Below, in pieces: positions 15,618-22,736 of a DNA stretch of 64,000 bases. Made by a program: the position numbers and the translations under genes. The stretch is from NCBI GenBank assembly GCA_016927325.1, contig JAFGMY010000156.1:36415-100414 (forward strand), written 5' to 3'. The number at the start of each line of letters is the position of its first letter. The stretch's first letter is position 1. The DNA comes from Actinomycetota bacterium (lineage in GTDB: Bacteria; Actinomycetota; Geothermincolia; Fen-727; Anoxymicrobiaceae). The notes beneath the pieces are model-generated. The model saw only the letters and a list, made by a program, of their open reading frames with translations, was not told the DNA's origin and made no database searches.

Positions 15618-17198
15618 ATGTCAATTACCAAGATAAACAGGTCGGCAGCGACGCTATCAAAAAACAGAACGCCGGATAGCGTCAGCCCGTTCAGCGGTAT
15701 GTGCGCAACTTGCGTTGAGGGCTGTATAGGAATGTGCGAAATCGGAAAATCCTCGATAAGGGGAGCGGAGTGCATTTATCCTCAACCGTTTGGCATTATG
15801 ACCGCGGCATCGGAAAAGGATTATCCCGTAGATTTTTCTCATTTCAACATCATGGGCAGCGCGGTTGGGGCATACGGGGTTCCCGCAGACAGCGAACACG
15901 CGATTTTTACAAATGTGGATCTGGAGACTACCGTAGGTGACAAAAACCCTATCAAGCTCAAGCTGCCGTTCGTTGTGCCCGGGCTGGGCTCAACCATGGT
16001 AGCCAAAAGAAACTGGGACGGGCTGGCGGTAGGGACCGCGATTTCAGGCACGCTGTTGACGATCGGGGAGAACGTCTGCGGAATGGATGACGAGTCCATT
16101 ATTGAGAATGGAAGGATAAAGAAGTCCCCGGACATGGAAAACCGCATTAATACCTACAGGAAATGGCAGTTGGACGGTTACGGAGATATCGTGGTCCAGT
16201 TCAACGTTGAAGATACCAACCTGGGTGTGCCCGAGTACGTCCTTCAGGACCTGGGCGTGGAGACCGTGGAGCTCAAATGGGGCCAGGGGGCGAAGGATAT
16301 CGGTGGCGAGGTCAAGCTCAAGAAAATTGAAAAAGCCGTTGAGATGAAGAAGAAGGGTTATATTGTTCTTCCTGACCCCGAGGACCCGGAGTCGGTTGAG
16401 GCTTATAAAGTCGGGGGTATAAAAGAGTTTGAGAGGCACTCAAGGCTGGGAATGGTAACGGAAGAAGGATTCAGCCGGAGTGTCGAGAAGCTGCGCGGCC
16501 TGGGAGCCAGGAGGGTATTTCTGAAGACCGGTGCTTACAGGCCGGCCGATCTGGCCAGAGCCGTCAAGTTCGCTTCAGACAACCGGATAGATATGCTGAC
16601 CGTCGACGGCGCGGGCGGCGGCACCGGCATGAGTCCCTGGCGCATGATGAACGAGTGGGGAATACCGACAATTGAGCTTTGCAGTCTTACCTATGAGTAC
16701 ATAGACTACCTTGCCAGGCAGGGTAAGTATGTTCCCTCGGTTGTGTTCGCCGGTGGAATAACCATGGAAGACCAGATAATCAAGGCTTTTGCGCTGGGTG
16801 CTCCTTACGTAAAAGGGGTTGGGATGGCAAGAAGCTCTCTTGCGGCGGCGATGGTCGGCAAGACTATAGGTGGAATTGTGGAAGAGAAAAACCTGCCTGT
16901 TTATATTGAGCGGCACGGAACTACCCTGGAAGAGATATTCGTGACCGGTGTCCATCTGAAAGACACCTACGGAGAGGACTTTACCAGGAAGCACCCCGGC
17001 GGAGTTGGAGTTTATACATACTACCAGAGGCTGGCGCAGGGCATGAGGCAGTTTATGTGCGGGGCAAGGAAGTTCGCATTCGAGCATGTGGCCAGAAATG
17101 ATATTGTCGCTTTGACAAAGGAGGCCGCTGAAGTGTCCGGGATAACTTATGTAATGGAACTGGACAAAGATGAAGCCTGGGACATTATCAAGGGATAG
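15618..17198 (+). CDS. FMN-binding glutamate-synthase-family oxidoreductase (GltB central FMN domain-like, stand-alone) with N-terminal CxxCxxxCxxxC motif
   Basis: 526 aa; N-terminal MCATCVEGCIGMCE; TIM-barrel FMN domain signature (VDGAGGGTGMSPW, VVFAGGITMEDQIIKAFALGA); RBS AAAGGAGGA. Confidence 0.7.
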   Translation: MSITKINRSAATLSKNRTPDSVSPFSGMCATCVEGCIGMCEIGKSSIRGAECIYPQPFGIMTAASEKDYPVDFSHFNIMGSAVGAYGVPADSEHAIFTNVDLETTVGDKNPIKLKLPFVVPGLGSTMVAKRNWDGLAVGTAISGTLLTIGENVCGMDDESIIENGRIKKSPDMENRINTYRKWQLDGYGDIVVQFNVEDTNLGVPEYVLQDLGVETVELKWGQGAKDIGGEVKLKKIEKAVEMKKKGYIVLPDPEDPESVEAYKVGGIKEFERHSRLGMVTEEGFSRSVEKLRGLGARRVFLKTGAYRPADLARAVKFASDNRIDMLTVDGAGGGTGMSPWRMMNEWGIPTIELCSLTYEYIDYLARQGKYVPSVVFAGGITMEDQIIKAFALGAPYVKGVGMARSSLAAAMVGKTIGGIVEEKNLPVYIERHGTTLEEIFVTGVHLKDTYGEDFTRKHPGGVGVYTYYQRLAQGMRQFMCGARKFAFEHVARNDIVALTKEAAEVSGITYVMELDKDEAWDIIKG

Positions 17199-17230
17199 TC
17201 GAGGGGGCTTAAATAATAAATTCAGAAAAA

Positions 17231-17267
17231 GTAATGCGGGTCTGTGCAGGCCCGCATTACTTTTTTC
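17231..17267 (+). terminator. Rho-independent terminator ending the GAF-ANTAR-controlled operon
   Basis: Perfect stem GTAATGCGGG / CCCGCATTAC, loop TCTGTGCAGG, followed by TTTTTTCC. Confidence 0.85.
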
Positions 17268-17373
17268 CTCAACTGTTGATAGAAATATGTGTTATTGCCG
17301 GAGGCAACTCACTTTTATAATAGAATTAAAGTATAAGGAATAGGATAACAGCGTTAAGAGAGGTGTGGGATTC

Positions 17374-17691
17374 ATGCCCAAGTGCAAGAAATGCGGAACG
17401 GATTTCTCTGAATTCGAGGAAAACTGTCCTTATTGCGGTACCGTGGCCACTGCGGACACAATTACCGACATAATGGATAAGCCGATCAGTGGGTCCGGCA
17501 AGAGTAAGAAGGGGAAAAAGGATAAAAAGCCGTTATTCTCAAGAGTTCGCAGAGAAGAAAAACATAAGGCGGACTGTGAATGTAAAAAATGCGGCGCATC
17601 TTTGCATGATGGTGAAATATGCCCGAAATGTGGTTTTAGTCCAGGAGTGGAATCAATTACAAGCGTTATGAAAAAGAGCAAGGGGGAGTAA
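17374..17691 (+). CDS. double zinc-ribbon protein (hypothetical)
   Basis: CKKCG ... CPYCG and CKKCG ... CPKCG pairs; Lys-rich linker; RBS GAGGTG 10 nt before the ATG at 17374 (ORF track starts at GTG 17365). Confidence 0.55.
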   Translation: MPKCKKCGTDFSEFEENCPYCGTVATADTITDIMDKPISGSGKSKKGKKDKKPLFSRVRREEKHKADCECKKCGASLHDGEICPKCGFSPGVESITSVMKKSKGE

Positions 17692-17693
17692 AA

Positions 17694-18299
17694 GTGGCGA
17701 TATGCTCTAACTGCGGACATGAGATGAATGACAGCGAAAGCTTCTGTACAAACTGTGGAGCGCAGAGAGGGCAGATGATTACACCTGCGCCTGCGCCTCC
17801 TGCTCAGCCACACGGGACAGCACCGGCGGGAAGCGGTTTTTCACCGGGAACTCCGCCACCGAGATATGAAGCGGGAAAAAAGAAGGGCCTTCCACGAGGC
17901 GCGAAAATAGCCATAATAGCGGGCCTGGTTATTGTCCTTCTTGTAGCCGGAACAATAGCTGTCGGCGTCCTTGTGTTCTGGAAGGCGGTAACCGGCCCCG
18001 CTGACGCGGCGAACTCCTTTGTCGAGGCGGTGAATGAAGGTGATCTGTCAACAGCATGGGACTACTTCTCCAGCGAAGCGCAGGAAGAAGAGGGTAGATC
18101 TGAGTTTGACGAGCAGTTCGGGATCCTTGAAGGCGAGTTGGAAACCTGGAACACGAACAGTATTAATGTGGAGAACAACACCGCTGAGGTAGAAATGGAC
18201 CTTGAAAGCAAGGACGGCGAGAAAGCGGACTGGGAGATGAACCTGGTCAAGCAGGATGGGGAGTGGAAAATCCTGAACATTTACTTCAATGCCGAGTAA
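17694..18299 (+). CDS. zinc-ribbon membrane-anchored protein with extracytoplasmic NTF2/SnoaL-like domain (hypothetical)
   Basis: 201 aa; N-terminal CSNCG ... CTNCG; Pro-rich linker; TM IAIIAGLVIVLLVAGTIAVGVLVFW; RBS AGGGGGAG before GTG. Confidence 0.55.
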   Translation: MAICSNCGHEMNDSESFCTNCGAQRGQMITPAPAPPAQPHGTAPAGSGFSPGTPPPRYEAGKKKGLPRGAKIAIIAGLVIVLLVAGTIAVGVLVFWKAVTGPADAANSFVEAVNEGDLSTAWDYFSSEAQEEEGRSEFDEQFGILEGELETWNTNSINVENNTAEVEMDLESKDGEKADWEMNLVKQDGEWKILNIYFNAE

Positions 18300-18515
18300 G
18301 CTGGAGACCACCCGGAGGGAAGATATCTGGATCAATTCAAAATTGAGATATGACCGGCCTGAGTTGCGCTGTTTGTTAGGTTCGATGTGTTATGCGCAGT
18401 AATGGCTTGTGTTAAACGTTTTCGTTATTACAGTTATACCGCACTGGAAGATATCAATTAAATCAAGGCCGGAGCATTTACCGATTAGTGGGAATCTTGT
18501 GACTTTCAAGGAATA

Positions 18516-18539
18516 ACCGTGTGAATACACGGTTTTTTT
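18516..18539 (+). terminator. intrinsic terminator-like hairpin in intergenic space (orphan; about 220 bp after the preceding stop)
   Basis: Stem ACCGTGT / ACACGGT, loop GAAT, then 7 T. Confidence 0.55.
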
Positions 18540-18678
18540 GAGGGTAACCGGTGTAAAGTTCATCTTTTATGAGATATTGTATTATCTGATAATTCATGTA
18601 CTGAAGCTGGAAAAGGGGCCGCCGGCTCCGAGAACGGCGGTGAATATCATTTTGAGTTGCCGGGAGGGCAACTGAAGA

Positions 18679-20217
18679 ATGGAACTGACATTAGATCTTT
18701 TTGAACAACTGGAAGACCTCTATCAGATAAAGTCTCGTCATCTGAAGTACCTGAACTCACTTTTTCCGGAATCGTGGCAGACTACGATACCAAGGGGTTA
18801 TGGTGACATATGGGAAAAGAGGGACTGGAAATTCTACCTTAAGGATTATAAGCCGTTCCCCAAACCATTGAAGCTTATCCTCCCGGACCGGAGGCAACTG
18901 CTGTTCTGGACGCTCCTGGGATTTGCCAATGAACTCATAAGTCAGGTCAGCCCGGAATCGCTTGCATCCTTTCTTGACAGGCATGTAGACAACCCTTCGG
19001 CGAGAAAAAATCTCGAGGAACTGTTTCTTGGTCAAGACAGAAGTGGAATGGGATTCAAGGCGTTCGGCAGCATGGTGGTTTGCGCACAGGAAGAAAACCG
19101 GATGATTGACAGGTACCTGCCGATGCTTCGGGCATTCGCTGAACACGACCCACGCCATTTCGGCGTTGATGAAGAGCTTCGAAGCCTGTCACTCGGGTTT
19201 TTCCGTGAAATCGACGACCTTATAAGGTATCTGGACAGCGACGTATTTCTTTTCAAGCGGTTCAACAGGGACATGAAAGAACTGTTCAGGGGTGAGATCA
19301 GCGTTGGGGTGCTGGGTGTTGGAGTCGCAAACTCTGTTGTGGCGCTTTCACGTGAAAATATGGACGGCAGGGGAATGAATTCAGACATGGCTTACACGAA
19401 GATGCCGCCTTTCCCGGATATCCAGACAGTCGAATATTATCAGGAGATATTCGGAAGGTACCATGACCTGTTGAAAGAGGCCGGATTGAATCCCCCCGCT
19501 CATGGAATCAAGTATGTCTCAAGGAAAGACGGGAAGTTCACAGTGTTCATAACTCAACGCATACTGTCCCGTGAATCGTCCGGAATCCGGATTGTAAAGG
19601 ACTCGAATGATGAGGAGTGCCTGGCATTCTTCGAGCTTATTCTTGACGAAATAATGAAAGTGGCCCGATACAACAACGGCGCCACTTTACTGAAAGTCGG
19701 CATTGACGCAAGGATAATGAACTGGGGCCTCAAAGATTATGACCCGCGGAACCTTTCTGTTGAAAACGTGGATAAGCTATATTATCTCGACACGGGCATT
19801 CCGATGATAAGAGAAAAGGGAGAAGATCTTCTGGATCCCGACTTGATGTTAATGGGTTTGCCGGGTTTCGCAAAACCGATTATCAGGACACTTTTCCTGA
19901 AGCGGTACTGGAAGAGGTTTTACAACACGCGGGAGATGGTCCTCGATGTAATAGCGGATTTCATAGCTAACGGACGAACCGACATTACTGAAAGAATGGT
20001 CGCAAAGGCCAATGCGGCAATGGAAGTGGGGTTGCCCGGCTTCACACAGGAAAAGATAACCTCCAGGAGTGTGAAGAAGAGAATTAGCGTGAATAGACAG
20101 TACGGGTTGACCTTCAACATGTTCAAAAGGGTTGACCGGTTTGTGAAGGTAAAAGTTCTTAGAAGGAAACACCAGTATCGCGTATCGGCTGAAGATATAG
20201 GATTTGACACCTATTGA
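18679..20217 (+). CDS. hypothetical protein, possible protein-kinase-like (PKL) fold
   Basis: 512 aa; no confident family; candidate catalytic-loop (VGIDARIMNWGL; D-x4-N) and DxG (YYLDTGIPM) spaced about 20 aa apart as in APH/ChoK/CotH-type kinases; RBS GGGAGG inside a small hairpin. Confidence 0.3.
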   Translation: MELTLDLFEQLEDLYQIKSRHLKYLNSLFPESWQTTIPRGYGDIWEKRDWKFYLKDYKPFPKPLKLILPDRRQLLFWTLLGFANELISQVSPESLASFLDRHVDNPSARKNLEELFLGQDRSGMGFKAFGSMVVCAQEENRMIDRYLPMLRAFAEHDPRHFGVDEELRSLSLGFFREIDDLIRYLDSDVFLFKRFNRDMKELFRGEISVGVLGVGVANSVVALSRENMDGRGMNSDMAYTKMPPFPDIQTVEYYQEIFGRYHDLLKEAGLNPPAHGIKYVSRKDGKFTVFITQRILSRESSGIRIVKDSNDEECLAFFELILDEIMKVARYNNGATLLKVGIDARIMNWGLKDYDPRNLSVENVDKLYYLDTGIPMIREKGEDLLDPDLMLMGLPGFAKPIIRTLFLKRYWKRFYNTREMVLDVIADFIANGRTDITERMVAKANAAMEVGLPGFTQEKITSRSVKKRISVNRQYGLTFNMFKRVDRFVKVKVLRRKHQYRVSAEDIGFDTY

Positions 20218-20270
20218 TCTGCGACACCTTTAATCAAGGCAACTTTTTGATTGTATCCGGCAAAATATTT

Positions 20271-21434
20271 ATGTATACCTTTCTGCTGCTGACTCTTGTC
20301 GTTTTTCCATGCTTGACGGTATCCGCTCTTGATATCTCAACCGGACTGGGGTACTTAAAGGCTAACCAGGCGCAAGATGGAGGGTTTGCCGAACCGGGCG
20401 GAGCATCAGTGGCGGGGATCACCTGCCGGGTGATACTGGGCGTAATCGCATCGGGTCAGGATCCAGGAAGTTGGGCGGCAGCCGGGGGGAATCCATTTGA
20501 TTTCCTGAACGGAAGGGCTGGAACGGTTTCAGATGTTCTGGATCTTGAGTTGTATGTTCTCGCATACTCGTCGGCCGGCAGGGACCCCCGCAACATTGCA
20601 GGCATTGATATGGTTTCGGCGGTTAAGTCCCGCAGGGAAGAAGGCGGAAGGATCGGCGGTGATGCATACCGGCATTGCATGGGGGTAATAGCCCTGTTGA
20701 GCGCGGGAGAGGAGGTTCCTCCTGAATGCAGTGAATGGATTTATGACAATCAGCGATCCGATGGTGGATGGGGAGACTCCGAGCCTGCGAGAGACACCGC
20801 GATAGCGGTCGAAGCTCTGGTCGCCCTTGGCGAAAGAGACAGTGGCGCGGTTGAGAAAGCTCTCGATTATTTGAGAAACAATATTAACGCGGATGGAGGT
20901 TTCTCAGCATCGGGGAAGGGGTCCGATGCCCGTACGACCAGCGAAGTGATAATGGCCGTTACTGCCGCGGGAGAAAATCCGGCGTCGGAGGAGTGGACGG
21001 ACCAGGGAATTAATCCTGTTGACTATCTTGACTCATTACAGAAAGACAACGGCCGGATCTCATTGACCGCGGATACCGATTCAGAGCCGGTGCTGACCAC
21101 TGCAAGTGTCCTCCCCGCCATTGCCGGGAAGTCATTTCCGTTGAACGCGGCTGGAGAGCCGGGCGTTACGCGGGTAAATGATCTCGGAGCATTGGGTGCC
21201 GGGCTTAACAGGGGAGCCGGTGATACAGATAGCTGGCTCGATACATCCGCAACCTCCAAAACTGAATCGTCCGGCGGCGAAGTGCCTGGAAGGTCCGAGG
21301 CGGGACACACCGGAAATAAAGTAAACCAGTTGAATAACATGTGGTTTCTCGTGATAATTTCTATCGCGTACCTCCTGGTACTGCTTTTATCCGGGACGGT
21401 AGTCAAGAAGATCATGATGTCCCGCCAGGCTTGA
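20271..21434 (+). CDS. secreted prenyltransferase/squalene-oxidase-repeat (alpha-alpha toroid) protein with C-terminal TM anchor
   Basis: Signal peptide MYTFLLLTLVVFPCLTVSALD; repeated QxxDGG[FW] motifs (AQDGGFAEPGG, QRSDGGWGDSE, NADGGFSAS); C-terminal TM MWFLVIISIAYLLVLLL; ORF track begins at upstream TTG 20214. Confidence 0.6.
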   Translation: MYTFLLLTLVVFPCLTVSALDISTGLGYLKANQAQDGGFAEPGGASVAGITCRVILGVIASGQDPGSWAAAGGNPFDFLNGRAGTVSDVLDLELYVLAYSSAGRDPRNIAGIDMVSAVKSRREEGGRIGGDAYRHCMGVIALLSAGEEVPPECSEWIYDNQRSDGGWGDSEPARDTAIAVEALVALGERDSGAVEKALDYLRNNINADGGFSASGKGSDARTTSEVIMAVTAAGENPASEEWTDQGINPVDYLDSLQKDNGRISLTADTDSEPVLTTASVLPAIAGKSFPLNAAGEPGVTRVNDLGALGAGLNRGAGDTDSWLDTSATSKTESSGGEVPGRSEAGHTGNKVNQLNNMWFLVIISIAYLLVLLLSGTVVKKIMMSRQA

Positions 21435-21525
21435 TATTCCATGGCGGCCCTCACAAAAATTCCAGTGGCACCCCAATTTCAGCTTGAAGTCAGCCGCCGA
21501 ACCCGGTTTTTTTACCGTAACCGCC

Positions 21526-22395
21526 CTAAAGGAAGTTGTTGATAAGACGGTTTACCACCCGGGGCTGTTCCTGCTGGATCCAGTGGTTGCAGTGAGGAAC
21601 ATACTCCCTTGTAAGTTCGTTATCTACGTAGCGGTCAAGATCGTAAGTCAGCTCCTTCCCGAGAAAAAGGTCCAGGTCGGCCCATATAACAAGGGTGGGG
21701 CATTTGACGTTAGGCAGTTTAGAGCGGTTTTTTATAAGCTCGAAGTTCCTGAAAAGAGCCCTGTAGTAGTTGAGCCCCCCGGTCAAAGCCCCGGGCCTCG
21801 CCGTTTCTCCGGCGAGTACTTCAAGGTCTTCACGGGAAAACGCTTTACGCCTGAAACTGCCGTACCTGAACGCCATCTTCAACGGTGCGTAGTTGAAGCT
21901 GCTGAAAACAGCTTCAGGTATCACCGGGAGATTGAAAAAGGCCATGTATGAAGAACGTATGACTTGAAGGGGATCGGAAAGAAGGGTATCGAAAAAACCA
22001 GCCGGATGGGGGGCGTCCAGAATAACCAGTTTGTCGACAGACTCGGGATGTTGAATAGCGGTCATCCAGGCAACAGCTCCACCCCAATCGTGGCCTATTA
22101 CATGAGCCTTTTCATAGCCGGAAGCATTTATGATTCCCTTTATGTCCCGGGCGACCGTTTGAAGCATGTAAGACTTAACGCCTTCGGGTTTATCGCTTCG
22201 ACCGAAACCCCGCATGTCAGGCGCGATTACCTTGAAGCGTTTTGACAAAGAGCGGATCTGGTGGCGCCAGGAGTACCAGCACTCGGGAAAACCGTGACAG
22301 AGGATCACCGGCTCGCCTTTTCCCTCTATTACGCAGTGGAAGTTGAGGCCGTTTGCTTCTATGACAGTATGGTTCCATTGCGGTTTGCTGGCCAT
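21526..22395 (-). CDS. alpha/beta-fold hydrolase (epoxide hydrolase / haloalkane dehalogenase-like)
   Basis: 289 aa; HGFPE oxyanion motif, nucleophile elbow GHDWGG, catalytic His near C-terminus (HCNHW); RBS GGAGGA. Confidence 0.75.
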   Translation of the reverse strand: MASKPQWNHTVIEANGLNFHCVIEGKGEPVILCHGFPECWYSWRHQIRSLSKRFKVIAPDMRGFGRSDKPEGVKSYMLQTVARDIKGIINASGYEKAHVIGHDWGGAVAWMTAIQHPESVDKLVILDAPHPAGFFDTLLSDPLQVIRSSYMAFFNLPVIPEAVFSSFNYAPLKMAFRYGSFRRKAFSREDLEVLAGETARPGALTGGLNYYRALFRNFELIKNRSKLPNVKCPTLVIWADLDLFLGKELTYDLDRYVDNELTREYVPHCNHWIQQEQPRVVNRLINNFL

Positions 22396-22736
22396 GATCT
22401 CCTCCTTGAATATCGCACACTAACGCCGCCGCGACCGGAGAGCCGTTATTGATCGTGAATATTGCAGTAAGCAACTGCTATTCAGGCTGTCCGGCTGATA
22501 TCGTGCCGATAATTATATCTCAATATTTTTTCCGAAGTTTTGTTAAATATCAAATAATATGCAGAAGTTATCAGGAACGAATTCCTGTGCGGGGTGCGGT
22601 TCCATGCCGGGATCAATTTAATTTCCACTTCAGGCACCGTGTGAAACCTTTCTGATTGATAGAATATTCAGTGTCCGGTCCCTGAAACGGCCTGATTATT
22701 TCCTTCTTTTATGGTATTATCCGGTGCGATTGGAGG

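Noticed and set aside
21435-21525. T-run at 21505-21511 between the convergent prenyltransferase-repeat and hydrolase genes considered as a bidirectional terminator
   Set aside because: No convincing GC-rich stem immediately precedes the T-run.
22396-22736. Looked for a T-box riboswitch upstream of leuS (340-bp intergenic region)
   Set aside because: No T-box core (AANNNGGGTGGNACCGCG-like) or specifier/antiterminator arrangement is visible. An extended -10-like TGGTATTAT at about 22706 leaves only a short leader before the GGAGG SD and TTG start.
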